From IMG/VR virus record IMGVR_UViG_3300042874_000443, positions 1 to 64,000 of that record: a DNA stretch of 64,000 nucleotides, one strand, 5' to 3'. The DNA is from a virus. This document shows, piece after piece, positions 34,007-43,835 of the stretch. The notes beneath the pieces were generated by a model. It made no database searches and had not been told where the DNA came from. It saw nothing but the letters and a program-made list of their open reading frames with translations. Numbering within the stretch: the stretch's first letter is position 1; each line of letters opens with the position of its first letter. Position numbers and translations under genes: made by a program.

Positions 34007-35456
34007 CGCCGAGCGGGATCGATGCGCCAATCGCAGCCGTCTCACCACCCGTGAACGGACTCTTCATGTACGGCGTCCAGCCCGCACCCGAATCCGTACG
34101 TTGACCGCTGTGCAGCGAGAGTAGCTTCTGGTGGCGCGTCAGACCTGACGGGTCGATGCCGCGTTGCGCGAGTTGCTGGTCGAGCATGTTGCCCCAGCCC
34201 TCTTGCGGGCGGACCTTCATCATCACGCCGCCACCGAGGTCGATGGTGTCGCCTCCGAGCGTCTCGAAGGCCTTGCGGCCGACGCCGATCGATTTCTCGT
34301 AGTCGAGAAGGTCGTGCGTACGTGCGCCACGTCCACGCTTGAGCACCTGTTGCTTGATCGTCGCCGGGTCCTTGTGGATGTGAATGGCGACGTCGAACAG
34401 CTCGGGGTCGTAGCTGCGCAGGAGCTGCTGGTGCTCGAGGATCTCGCCGGCGTGTGGCGCGTATGGCGTCTTCTCGATGTCGCCGCCTCCCATGAGCTGG
34501 TGGAAGCGAAGGTTCGGACGCCAATCGAGCCCGTGATGGCGTAGGCCCATCTGCGACGCGAGTGCCTTCGAGAGCACGGTCTTGCCTGCGCCCGATGGAG
34601 CGTCGACTGCGATGCGGAGGCCTGTGGGGTTGATGCCGCGTTCCATCAGTGCTTGGTGCGCGCGTGCGGCCTGGCCCTGCACTTCTTGTGGAATCTCCTG
34701 TGCGACGTCTTTCTGGTGGATGTCGCCGGGTGCGTTGAGGCGGTCTGCGATGTCTGCCCGAATGCCGGGCTTGGACGCAAGGATGCTTCCGCCGACAGCA
34801 AGCGGAATCCCGATGCCTGCGGCCGTCGCGAGCGGCCCCGCGATCTTGAACACGTCCGCGCCCACCTTGCGGAGCACCGCGGTGGCTGCTGTTGATTCTG
34901 GAGTATGCGGACGGCGCATCGGTGTTGGAGCGGCGCCCGTGCTTGGACCGTGCAGCCCTGCGAGCACACGGTCCATGTGGTCCGCGTGTGCGCCCGGATC
35001 CATTTGTTTGGGTGGACCCTTCCAACCAGGCGCGGGACCCACCTGTGTGGATTCACGTGTACGAGGTGCTGTCGGAAGATTCGTCAACACCTGTTGTTGA
35101 AATCCAGCGGCACCGCCCGGCGTCGTCGACGACAGACCGCGTTGATCGAGCACGCGGTTCGCGCGCGCGAGCCCGAGCGATCCTTGTGTGTGGTCACTGC
35201 CCGCCCACGGCAAGCTGTGCGCGAGGTCTCGCATCTGTGTGCGCTGCGGGGTCATCGGCAATTCGCCGCCGGTGGCATGTTCACGGAACATCTGCCCCAG
35301 GCCTGGCTGCGCCTTTGCGAGCGGCTGCGCGCGCATTTGCGTGAGCTTGTTTTCCATCGCGGGCGCGAGGGCACGTCCACCACGCGTTGCAGCGTTCTCG
35401 AGCGCACGCGCGTACGTGCTGCCTTGGATGGCGAACTTCAACCAGCCGATGCCCAT
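33969..35456 (-). CDS. Putative internal virion protein with P-loop nucleotide-kinase-like domain
   Basis: IAVDAPSGAGKT Walker A; low-complexity N-terminus; KFA/KIA sites; hydrophobic helices. Confidence 0.65.
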   Translation of the reverse strand: MGIGWLKFAIQGSTYARALENAATRGGRALAPAMENKLTQMRAQPLAKAQPGLGQMFREHATGGELPMTPQRTQMRDLAHSLPWAGSDHTQGSLGLARANRVLDQRGLSSTTPGGAAGFQQQVLTNLPTAPRTRESTQVGPAPGWKGPPKQMDPGAHADHMDRVLAGLHGPSTGAAPTPMRRPHTPESTAATAVLRKVGADVFKIAGPLATAAGIGIPLAVGGSILASKPGIRADIADRLNAPGDIHQKDVAQEIPQEVQGQAARAHQALMERGINPTGLRIAVDAPSGAGKTVLSKALASQMGLRHHGLDWRPNLRFHQLMGGGDIEKTPYAPHAGEILEHQQLLRSYDPELFDVAIHIHKDPATIKQQVLKRGRGARTHDLLDYEKSIGVGRKAFETLGGDTIDLGGGVMMKVRPQEGWGNMLDQQLAQRGIDPSGLTRHQKLLSLHSGQRTDSGAGWTPYMKSPFTGGETAAIGASIPLGVMAAKALASRPL

Positions 35457-35459
35457 AGG

Positions 35460-35771
35460 CTACGACCTCAGCGCGCCCATAGAGGGCGGCGGCTGTGCCG
35501 ACGGATCGCCGGCAAGTTCTGGCGGCATGCCGACAGTCGAGCCCATACCGGGCGGCGTTGGTGGCGACGTCGAAGGCATCTGCAGTGGAACGGTTCCGTC
35601 GAGCGCTGGAAGCGTTTCGCCTGGCACGTGTGACATCGGCGGCGTGTCCGTCGGCGGGATGTCCTTGCCGTGTTCGACGTCAGCCATGAACTGGTCAACC
35701 TGTGTTGGTGGGCCGAGTGCGAACTTCACGAGCGCGGCCTTGAGTCCGTTCATGTACGCCTGTTTCAACAT
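35460..35771 (-). CDS. Putative internal head protein (targeting-motif family)
   Basis: MLKQAYMNGLKAALVKFAL plus Pro-rich tail. Confidence 0.6.
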   Translation of the reverse strand: MLKQAYMNGLKAALVKFALGPPTQVDQFMADVEHGKDIPPTDTPPMSHVPGETLPALDGTVPLQMPSTSPPTPPGMGSTVGMPPELAGDPSAQPPPSMGALRS

Positions 35772-36289
35772 TAGAAGGTTCCTGACGTTGGTGCGTACAC
35801 GAGGTCGCGTCCTTCGCGGTCTCGTTTGTTCTGCTCGTGCATGCCGTACGCGAGAGCACCACCGGCGGCGAGCGCGCCGTAGCCAAGGCCCTTCCCGAGC
35901 ATCTTGCCGACGGGGCGCATGAAACGTCCTGGACCGCCGCCGCCACTACCACCGCCGCCGCTCATGCCGCCGCTGCCGCCACCGGCAGCCGCGGACCCGT
36001 GACCCTCGAACGCACGCGCAGGTGGAAGCTGCACAGGTTGCGTGTTGATGTTCGCGGCTTGCTGTTGCGCGACGCCTTTGTGCATGTCCGCCCAGGACGC
36101 GCCTTGCGGTGCAGCCGGTGCAGCGGGCGCAGCGGGGGCCTTCGGTATCGAATGAAGATCCGCATGTAGCCCCGCGATCGCAGGATGCATGGGCTTGCCC
36201 GCAGGCATGCCGATAGCCCCGCGCGCGATCTTCACGCCGAAACGTGTGAGGGCGTTGTCACGACCGCGTTGGAACGCCGCGATCAACAT
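35771..36289 (-). CDS. Putative internal head protein (targeting-motif family)
   Basis: MLIAAFQRGRDNALTRFGVKIA; Gly-zipper helix. Confidence 0.6.
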   Translation of the reverse strand: MLIAAFQRGRDNALTRFGVKIARGAIGMPAGKPMHPAIAGLHADLHSIPKAPAAPAAPAAPQGASWADMHKGVAQQQAANINTQPVQLPPARAFEGHGSAAAGGGSGGMSGGGGSGGGGPGRFMRPVGKMLGKGLGYGALAAGGALAYGMHEQNKRDREGRDLVYAPTSGTF

Positions 36290-36292
36290 CGG

Positions 36293-36658
36293 TCATCCGA
36301 CCGCGAGGAAGACGACGGACGCAGGCCCCGTCGTCGTGATGAGCGCCGAGATCGGAAACGGCGTGCTCGGATTGCACCACTGGAAGTGTCCGCCCGGTGC
36401 GAGCGGCCACGCGTCGAGGCCGCCGTTGAACTTGATCGTCGCCGAACCCGAGAGACACACGACGGTGACGCCCTTGGCACCTGCAGCTGCGAGCGTGTCC
36501 AGATGGACGATGTCGTCCACGACCGCCACCGTGTACGCGCGCTGGAAGTCTGCGCGGTTGACGTACGGGATGGTCGCCGCGAGGCTGATGGGGGAAGGGG
36601 AGCCGCCGTCGACGAAGGCAGCGGACACCGCACCCGCGACCGAGTAGTTCTGCGCCAT
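36293..36658 (-). CDS. Virion structural protein
   Basis: Leaderless TATAAT; beta-rich. Confidence 0.55.
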   Translation of the reverse strand: MAQNYSVAGAVSAAFVDGGSPSPISLAATIPYVNRADFQRAYTVAVVDDIVHLDTLAAAGAKGVTVVCLSGSATIKFNGGLDAWPLAPGGHFQWCNPSTPFPISALITTTGPASVVFLAVG

Positions 36659-36686
36659 GCACTAATTATAGTGGACGGGCGCGGGA

Positions 36687-37679
36687 TTACATCTCGAAGG
36701 CGATGGACGCGATCGGCCTGTTTTGGTCGCCGTACGAGCCGTCCTTCGTGCCCACACCGTACGGGCGGTAGGCGGCATTCGCGAGCTGGCCGATGTTGTC
36801 TGGGGTGATCTCGACCCACTGCATCGGGCGTGCGGAGTAGCCGCTTGAACCACGCGTTCCGTCCGCTGCGATCCGGTACATCTTGTGGTCGCGGAAGCAG
36901 AACAGCACGGTGTGGTGGTCCTTGTTCCAGCCGGTCGAGAGCTTGGTCGACTGGCTGCACAGCACGAACGTCGGCAGCGTGTCGCGACGGTCGTACAGCT
37001 CGCGCGCGTCCACGATACCCGCGAGGCCGAGACGCTTCGCACCTGAACCGTCCGGCGGAACACGAAAGCACACGTCGCCGAAGCCGCGGTACGGGCCCGC
37101 ACCAGGGTTCTGGTGAACGTCAGGCGACGCTTCGAGCAGCGTCATGAGCGAAGGAATGTTCCCCGCGTGCGTGAAGTCTTCGTTGCGACGCATGAGCCAC
37201 GACATGAAGAAGTTCGTCCACGATGTGCAGTGGAACGCGGGATACGTCTTGTTGAGGACGTTCGGCCACTCTCTCACAGTGCCGCCCATCTTCCCTGCGC
37301 CGTAGGTGATGACGAACTTGCCATCGACCCACAGTCCGCGTCCCGGACCGTAGCGAACCGGCTTGCCTGTGATCGCTGTGACGAGCGCCTGGAACGCGAG
37401 CCATGTTTGATCGTTGCACGGCACGATGTTCGAGGGTGTGCCAGCAACATCGCTGGCAGCCTTGCGCAGCACGATTGCCGCGTCCAGCGCCCCCAACGTG
37501 TGCGGTCCTGCGATGCCGTCGTCGTCGATGTCAGGACGATCGACCTGGAATGCAAGCACGGCGGCCGTGGTTCGCTTGCCGTAGTCACCGTCGATGTCGC
37601 CGGGGTCGTAGCCCGCAGCCTTCAGCTTGAGTTGGAGCAGCTCGACGGGCGGACCCTTGTCACCTGGCCGGAGGATCAT
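36687..37679 (-). CDS. Endolysin: peptidoglycan-binding domain plus Cys/His catalytic domain
   Basis: LRPGDKG..V..LQ..L...GYDPGDIDGDYG..T..AV..FQ...DGIAGPHT; FHCTSW...HHT. Confidence 0.75.
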   Translation of the reverse strand: MILRPGDKGPPVELLQLKLKAAGYDPGDIDGDYGKRTTAAVLAFQVDRPDIDDDGIAGPHTLGALDAAIVLRKAASDVAGTPSNIVPCNDQTWLAFQALVTAITGKPVRYGPGRGLWVDGKFVITYGAGKMGGTVREWPNVLNKTYPAFHCTSWTNFFMSWLMRRNEDFTHAGNIPSLMTLLEASPDVHQNPGAGPYRGFGDVCFRVPPDGSGAKRLGLAGIVDARELYDRRDTLPTFVLCSQSTKLSTGWNKDHHTVLFCFRDHKMYRIAADGTRGSSGYSARPMQWVEITPDNIGQLANAAYRPYGVGTKDGSYGDQNRPIASIAFEM

Positions 37680-38437
37680 GCGGTCTCCTTGATCGCTGCG
37701 AGCTGGGCGTACATGACACCGAGCAAGAGCTGGTCTGTCTCCTGGCTGTCGACGAACACCCAGTTCTCCTCGCGGTAGTAGTCCGTCCAGGCGATCTCTT
37801 CGATGACTTCCTGGTCCCACGGCACGGGAAACTCCTCACCGTTCTGGAAACCGAAGACGGGATACGCGTGCCCGCCGAGAGAGCGTGGCTCGTCGTTCGC
37901 TGTGCGCTTCTCCTTCGGCGTCAGTTCCCACCGCAGATCACGATCATCGTCGAGCTTCGCGGGGAGGCCTGCTGCGACGTAGAGCGACCCGAACGTGGAG
38001 AGCGCGCTCTGGCGTTCGTTGAGGTCACGGTCGCTCACGCGCGCGAACGCCACGACCTTCACCGTGCTGCCGTCGTCGAGCTTGAAGCCGATGTTGCGGC
38101 AGTAGTTCAGGGCGTTGATCGGCATCTGTCCGACGTCGGCCCCGTCCGTACTGTCGAGGTACGCCTTGATGACGTGCTGGCCGGTGATGTTGAGCACGCG
38201 GCCCTTTCGAGCCGCGTTGTTCATCATGATGCGCGCGATGCCGGCGAATGTGCAGCAGCCATACTGGTCGTTGCCGAGAATGTTCCAACGCGCGTTTCGT
38301 GGACGCGTGTCGACGTAGTACGGCGGCGTGCGAAGCGGGTCTGCGCGGAGGAGCGCCTTGTGGACGCTCTTGTACAACACGGTCTTCGGGTCGTGTTTCG
38401 ACGAGACCGAGCCGAGCTTGCCGCGCGTCAGCGTCAC
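37676..38437 (-). CDS. Papain-like cysteine peptidase
   Basis: GNDQYGCCTFAG and GGHA motifs. Confidence 0.65.
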   Translation of the reverse strand: MTLTRGKLGSVSSKHDPKTVLYKSVHKALLRADPLRTPPYYVDTRPRNARWNILGNDQYGCCTFAGIARIMMNNAARKGRVLNITGQHVIKAYLDSTDGADVGQMPINALNYCRNIGFKLDDGSTVKVVAFARVSDRDLNERQSALSTFGSLYVAAGLPAKLDDDRDLRWELTPKEKRTANDEPRSLGGHAYPVFGFQNGEEFPVPWDQEVIEEIAWTDYYREENWVFVDSQETDQLLLGVMYAQLAAIKETA

Positions 38438-38844
38438 AGCTTACACGCCGACTTGGTGCCGTCTTCGCGCACGCAGGTGGTGGAGTACACGGCACCCTCA
38501 CCGACTTCCTTGCGGAATGCGTCTGCCGTGTCACGAGCGGTCTTCGCCTGATCCGGCGTCGCGCGCGTACCACTGAGGAACCACTGCGTCAGCTCCATGA
38601 TGAAGCAGCCGCCGACGTCCTTGCCGGCCTGCGTAGCGCGAAGCTTCACGTCTGGCCACGAGATGGACCCACCACCGAGGATCGGTCCCTTGAACTCGTT
38701 GATGAGGTTGTCGATCTGCGGGCGGTTCGCGCCGAGGCAGTCGACGACCGCGTTGATCACTGGGCCGACAGGTCCCGGACCGTTGGGGCATGCGGTGGTG
38801 CTGGCGAGACCGACGACGAGAGCGAGGATGAGGAAGAAGCGCAT
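38434..38844 (-). CDS. Lipoprotein (possible spanin component)
   Basis: Signal peptide ending in a lipobox-like TTAC. Confidence 0.6.
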   Translation of the reverse strand: MRFFLILALVVGLASTTACPNGPGPVGPVINAVVDCLGANRPQIDNLINEFKGPILGGGSISWPDVKLRATQAGKDVGGCFIMELTQWFLSGTRATPDQAKTARDTADAFRKEVGEGAVYSTTCVREDGTKSACKL

Positions 38845-38855
38845 GGTGAGGCCTT

Positions 38856-39353
38856 TCAGGTCGACGCGGTGGTGGTGACGGGGGTGGTGACGGGCTCGGT
38901 CGCTGTCTCGGGTGTGGTTGTTGTCTTCGTCTCGAGCAGCGCGCCTGCCATCAGCGTCTTCGGAAGGTTGTGCACCGCTGACTCGATGAACGTGATGAGC
39001 AGCTTGGTGACGGCTGCATCGTCTGCGAGACCCAAGACTGTCATCAACTCCTTCAGGCCCTTCGTACCGAGATGGGATTTGAGGTTTGCGATTGCGAGGT
39101 CGCGGGCCTTCAGTAGTTCTTCAGACGTGGCTTTGTCTCCGAGCCCCGAGACAATCGTCTGCTGGATCTCCGTCACGACGGAGAATGCGAGCTGGGAGAG
39201 GCGCTCGAGAACGCCCGCGACGCTCTCGTTCTTCACCTTCGCCTTGATCCACGCGGGCAACATCATGGATGCCCACGCGACGAAGAGGCCCACGAGCGGC
39301 AGTACGACGCCCTTCACGATCAACATGCCGATGGTCTCGATCTGGTCTTGCAT
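38856..39353 (-). CDS. Holin-like protein
   Basis: N-terminal TM, VTEIQQT..., FIESAVHNL resembling the LL-H holin family. Confidence 0.55.
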   Translation of the reverse strand: MQDQIETIGMLIVKGVVLPLVGLFVAWASMMLPAWIKAKVKNESVAGVLERLSQLAFSVVTEIQQTIVSGLGDKATSEELLKARDLAIANLKSHLGTKGLKELMTVLGLADDAAVTKLLITFIESAVHNLPKTLMAGALLETKTTTTPETATEPVTTPVTTTAST

Positions 39354-39613
39354 CAGAAGTCTCCCTTGCTCGGCACGCTGACCGAGCCTTTTTCCGCCGG
39401 CTTGTCGCCGTGCGAGTGAACGTAGCCCGCCTTGTTTTTCAACGAGGTGCGCGACATCGGAACGATCGTCGTACACGAATGTCCGCCGAGCATTTCGTCT
39501 TTGCTCGAGACCGGCTGGTCGCACGCAGCGCACACGGCGATTTCATCCTCCGTCATGTGCATGTGTTCGAAGCGATTCCCGCAGTCGCAGACGTACTCCC
39601 GGATCTTGGGCAC
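39353..39613 (-). CDS. FmdB-family Zn-ribbon protein
   Basis: MP.IREYVCDCGNRFE...CAAC. Confidence 0.7.
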   Translation of the reverse strand: MPKIREYVCDCGNRFEHMHMTEDEIAVCAACDQPVSSKDEMLGGHSCTTIVPMSRTSLKNKAGYVHSHGDKPAEKGSVSVPSKGDF

Positions 39614-39648
39614 GCGGAATGATAGGCGCCGCTTACCTGATAAACAAG

Positions 39649-41388
39649 TCAGCAGAGGTCTGACGTTGGCACGACATTCGTGAAGCCTGCATTGGGGTTA
39701 GCTGCACTGTCCGTCGCCGTCGCTGTTCCGTCTTCTGCGATGACCGGCGTACTCGCGACAGGAGGCTCTCCTGTCAGTGGATCGATGTTCGGTGTACCGG
39801 GCGGGTACGGCGTCATGTCCGGTTGGAAGACCACCGTCTCTGCCTGTGTGACGGCGGTATCGATCGCAGCGAGAAGACCCATCAACGGATTTGCCGCATT
39901 CGCGGGACCGAACAGCGCGTCGAAGAATGCGAGGATGTTCGCCAGGTCCGCAAGACGAGGCGCCCCGGCGACAAAGCAGATACCGCAGACATACTCGCCG
40001 TTGTCGAAGGGCGGGCGTGAGCCGTCCGACGTGTCTTCTAGACGACGCGCCAGCTCTGACAAGAGGAACGCGTTGCCCCCTGTGCCGCTCGACATCTGGG
40101 TGACGTAGAGGCTTGGAATAGGTCTCGACAGTGAGGTCTGCAGACTTTGTACATCATGGAGAAGCTCTGTTGCTCGTGCAGAGAGACGCGCTGCTGAACC
40201 TTGTGCAAGCTTCAGGGCGTTGCCCAAGCGGTCCTTTGACCCTTTCGACGGTGAAAGCACCGACTTCGTTTGAGCAATCAAACTCTCGGCCGCTTTTGCA
40301 AGAACTGGAAACGCCGCTAAAGCGTTGGGTGTTGCGACCCAGTCGGGTGACTTGCCTGTCTGCGGTGGAGTGGGCGCTGACGCTACAACTTTTGCCACAT
40401 TGGAAACACGGTCATAAGCAAGGGTAAAGGTTGCGTCCACTTCTGTGCCCGTGCATTGCCATGCCACACAGTAGTAGACCGGCACTTTGGGATCGAGAGT
40501 GACGTCGGTATCTAGGTATGACGACGTTTTTCCGTCGCCTATCGAGATGACGGTGGCGTTACCTGACGTCATACCTTCCGTCAGGTTCTGTGTGGAGAAG
40601 AAGTTCAAAACCGAACGGGCAGATGCCGCACCACCATCAGTGGATCGAATGATGGCGTACTTGGTGACGGTTGCGGTTACTCCAGGAAAGTATGGAGAGG
40701 TGAATGGACCTGTCGGTGCGTCCCAGTTTATCTGGACAGCAATGCCCGGCGTTCCTGTAGATGTAACAATCTTGGCCGTTACGTTTTGAGGAATAGGTAC
40801 AGTGCGTGCGGCCAGTCCGTTGCCCCCTTTGGGGCGTGTTAGCTGGTCCAGTGTAGAGGCCGCAGATGTGATTGCGGCGTATCGAGAAGCACCTACCAAT
40901 AGCACCGCCATCGCTACCGCATCTGTAGAGCTGTCGTACTGCGGTCGATTCGGGTCTAGGGGGTCCATTAGCGACGTGGCGAACGCGTTGTAGAAACCCG
41001 CGTTACCCCCGCTCTTCGTGACGAGGGTTGCGTATGCATCTGCTGTAATCGTATTTGTTGGACCAAGCGCGATGTCTAGCGCGTCTTGTAAATCATCTAA
41101 CGTTGGCGGTAATGCAGCCGGTTCTGGTACCGGAAACGTTTTGGTGATTGGAACGGTGAGCATGTGAATACGTGCGCCACTCAACATGCTCTTCAACGTA
41201 TTGAGAATTGCCTTGATGACCGCTTCTGTTGGATTGGGCCGCGACGGCAATGAGAATGTAGATATCAGCGTGAGGTCACTTGCCAGGCTGCTGAGCAGGC
41301 CTGTTAACGCGCCTGACGCTGCTTCCACCGCAGACATGAGCGCGCTGGGCAGTAATTGGTTCGGATTGATTGTGTTCCAGTCGCTCAT
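39649..41388 (-). CDS. Virion structural (baseplate/tail) protein
   Basis: 579 aa downstream of spike gene; internal repeat GGNAGF / GGNAFL...DxxRPxxD; Fn3-like centre. Confidence 0.5.
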   Translation of the reverse strand: MSDWNTINPNQLLPSALMSAVEAASGALTGLLSSLASDLTLISTFSLPSRPNPTEAVIKAILNTLKSMLSGARIHMLTVPITKTFPVPEPAALPPTLDDLQDALDIALGPTNTITADAYATLVTKSGGNAGFYNAFATSLMDPLDPNRPQYDSSTDAVAMAVLLVGASRYAAITSAASTLDQLTRPKGGNGLAARTVPIPQNVTAKIVTSTGTPGIAVQINWDAPTGPFTSPYFPGVTATVTKYAIIRSTDGGAASARSVLNFFSTQNLTEGMTSGNATVISIGDGKTSSYLDTDVTLDPKVPVYYCVAWQCTGTEVDATFTLAYDRVSNVAKVVASAPTPPQTGKSPDWVATPNALAAFPVLAKAAESLIAQTKSVLSPSKGSKDRLGNALKLAQGSAARLSARATELLHDVQSLQTSLSRPIPSLYVTQMSSGTGGNAFLLSELARRLEDTSDGSRPPFDNGEYVCGICFVAGAPRLADLANILAFFDALFGPANAANPLMGLLAAIDTAVTQAETVVFQPDMTPYPPGTPNIDPLTGEPPVASTPVIAEDGTATATDSAANPNAGFTNVVPTSDLC

Positions 41389-41531
41389 TTACGCACCAGC
41401 TTAGCCATGCGTTCCATGCTCTGCCGACGACGTTCGATGTCTACACGTAATGCACGCGTGTACAACTCGATCATACGTGCAAGGACAGACCCTATTGCGG
41501 GTGTCGTAGTCCACTGCGGGTCGTCAGGCAT
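41385..41531 (-). CDS. Small hypothetical protein (48 aa)
   Basis: MPDDPQWTTT...; ATGA-coupled to the next gene. Confidence 0.5.
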   Translation of the reverse strand: MPDDPQWTTTPAIGSVLARMIELYTRALRVDIERRRQSMERMAKLVRK

Positions 41532-41533
41532 GG

Positions 41534-42955
41534 CTACTCGGTTTTGACCTTGGTGGAGAGCGTTCCAGGGTACGCGCTGATGGCTGAGATCACCGCGGAT
41601 CCGAACGCAGAGACTGCGGCTGAGAGTGCCGCCAGTGCGATGGGCGTTGTTACGGGCGGTCCTGGAAACGCAGCACCGGCAGCGCTGGATGCTGCGGCGC
41701 CTGCGACCAGGGCGGCAGCGGCGGCACTGATGGGCGCAAAAACCTGGCTACCCACGTCAAGACCGCGCGCGACCGGCTGCACGGCGCTCTTGCCAAGCTT
41801 CACCTGAAGGCCTTCAACCGTGTTTGTACGTACCGCTGACGTCGTTGAGTCGCCGTCGACATCGGTTTTGTCGTTGCCGCCCACTTTGGTAGAGCGGTCG
41901 CCGGCGATCGCATTCGTCTGATCACCGCTGACGCCGACCTCGTGTCCGCCGCCGATAAACGTTGTTGCGTTGCCGGCGACCGAGCGCATCTCATCACCGC
42001 CCACCGACTCCGTGAAGTTCTGGTCGATCGTCGCGGCCCAATCACCGTGGATCAGTGCGACGTCGTTGCCGTCGATCGCGGCTGCGCGGTCGCCCGCTAT
42101 GTCGTGGCGAACTTGTGCGGTGCCGCTGGGACCCGACGAGATGTCGACGCCGCCTTCGCCGAAGAGTTGCACCTTGCCGTCGGACCCTGCGCGTAGACAG
42201 AACAGTAGCTTTCCTTCGGGCTCGAGGATCCGGAAGTCGAGTACGTCACCCGTCGCACCCAGGTCCAAACGGATCGTCCAGTGTTGTTCGTCGAGCCCTG
42301 TTTGTGCCGCTTGGTTGGAACCTGCTCGAAGAATGAGCGACGTCTTGCCGCGGTCGTTCTCGATGCGGAGCTGCCCGAAGTCCGTGAACTGCTGCAACCG
42401 ACGCGCGATCAAACGCAGCGTCCCTGACGGTCCGATCGACTGCACGTGCGCCGACGGGCTTCCCAGGAGTGCAACACCTCCCTCGAGCACGGCGACGTGT
42501 TGTCCCATCGAACCGACTTGCGCCCAGTCGCCCGAGCCCATGTCCGTCGGTGCGCCCGGCGGCTTGTAGTTGTTGTTGCCTTGTGTCGGTTGTGTGGGGT
42601 CGCTGTCGCCGACGCCTTCGACGCCGGTCAACGTGGGTGCGGGGATCGCCGACTGCGTCTGCCCCGGTAAGTCGATGCACCCCATGATCGTGGGAAAGCC
42701 GAGGCCCCAGAAGATGACGACCGAGGTTCCGATGGGGAGGTGGTCATATCCGGTGGCGGTCCCTTTGATCTGTGGGACGTCTTGAAGAGGACGTCCGCTG
42801 TGGGTTCGAACAACAGACGTGTGCGTCGCGGAGTTGTACGCGAGGACTTCGCCTAGTTCGTAGAGGCCGACTGCGCCTTGGGGTTCGCCCGTACGCGCCA
42901 GCCCGGCTGAGCCCATGTTGGCGGCACCTCGTGGTGGGCTGAGCGGGTCCTTCAC
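41534..42955 (-). CDS. Baseplate central spike (gp5/VgrG-like)
   Basis: N-terminal OB-fold-like region and 8-residue VxGxxxxx beta-helix repeats. Confidence 0.75.
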   Translation of the reverse strand: MKDPLSPPRGAANMGSAGLARTGEPQGAVGLYELGEVLAYNSATHTSVVRTHSGRPLQDVPQIKGTATGYDHLPIGTSVVIFWGLGFPTIMGCIDLPGQTQSAIPAPTLTGVEGVGDSDPTQPTQGNNNYKPPGAPTDMGSGDWAQVGSMGQHVAVLEGGVALLGSPSAHVQSIGPSGTLRLIARRLQQFTDFGQLRIENDRGKTSLILRAGSNQAAQTGLDEQHWTIRLDLGATGDVLDFRILEPEGKLLFCLRAGSDGKVQLFGEGGVDISSGPSGTAQVRHDIAGDRAAAIDGNDVALIHGDWAATIDQNFTESVGGDEMRSVAGNATTFIGGGHEVGVSGDQTNAIAGDRSTKVGGNDKTDVDGDSTTSAVRTNTVEGLQVKLGKSAVQPVARGLDVGSQVFAPISAAAAALVAGAAASSAAGAAFPGPPVTTPIALAALSAAVSAFGSAVISAISAYPGTLSTKVKTE

Positions 42956-42967
42956 GTCCCGACCGTA

Positions 42968-43321
42968 TCACGGCTTCTGAGAGGGAGTCGGCGCGTTCGT
43001 CGGCGGGACGGAGTACTCGTTTGACCGAGACCGATGACGTTGGTCAGGGAAACGACGTTCGGACCATTTGAACGCTACGTAGAAGTTGACGATGACGATC
43101 AGGTGAAAGGCGTGCGTTGCGAGTACGAAGAACTGCTCCGAAGCACCGTCGACCAACACGATGCCGAGCATGACGTTCGTGTACATGAACAAACACAACG
43201 CAGCGCAGATGGCGAGGCTGACCGGATTCTTCCGGTTCCTCCACCCACGTAGGAAACGTAGAGCGAGGGGCACCCATGCGATCGCGAGGGCGACCGACAC
43301 TGCTGCGAGGACGTACGTCAT
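42968..43321 (-). CDS. Membrane protein
   Basis: Three TM helices. Confidence 0.65.
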   Translation of the reverse strand: MTYVLAAVSVALAIAWVPLALRFLRGWRNRKNPVSLAICAALCLFMYTNVMLGIVLVDGASEQFFVLATHAFHLIVIVNFYVAFKWSERRFPDQRHRSRSNEYSVPPTNAPTPSQKP

Positions 43322-43551
43322 GCTTTTTTGGCGGTCGTTCGGTGGCCGTTGTGGGCTTCCACGAGCGGGAATTCGGCCGTCGGGTCTTTGCCGAAACGCT
43401 CACGGTACTTGGTGACGACGCTGTTCTTGAGCGCGTCGACCTCCGGGTCGAGGCGTTGATGGAAGACCTTGTTGCGTCGTCCACAGCGGATCTCGGTCCA
43501 AATGACCAACCCCACAACCAACGCCAAAACGCCCGTTACGATCCAGGACAT
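43318..43551 (-). CDS. Small membrane protein
   Basis: N-terminal TM; GGAG RBS. Confidence 0.6.
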   Translation of the reverse strand: MSWIVTGVLALVVGLVIWTEIRCGRRNKVFHQRLDPEVDALKNSVVTKYRERFGKDPTAEFPLVEAHNGHRTTAKKA

Positions 43552-43560
43552 GGTGCTCCT

Positions 43561-43833
43561 TCAGGCGTGAGGGGGATTTATCGGCGGGCGCATGGCCGGC
43601 AAACCGTCGACGGTCTTCGCCATGACCGTGACGGTCGTGAGCAGATTCTGAATGGTGTCGGTGAAGCGGTCCATCCGCTTCTCGACGCGCCACATGAACC
43701 AGAGGCTGACGAAGATCGGAAATCCGAACTCACGTAGTAGAGCAGCTGCATCCGCAGTGCCCCTGCCGGTTCCATCTGCTCCGAGGCAGAAGAACGCGAC
43801 TGCGAGAACCACCCATTCACGTGCGAAGCGCAT
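43561..43833 (-). CDS. YvrJ/BhlA-like small holin-type membrane protein
   Basis: EFGFPIFVSLWFMWRVEKRMDRFTDTI. Confidence 0.55.
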   Translation of the reverse strand: MRFAREWVVLAVAFFCLGADGTGRGTADAAALLREFGFPIFVSLWFMWRVEKRMDRFTDTIQNLLTTVTVMAKTVDGLPAMRPPINPPHA

Positions 43834-43835
43834 CT

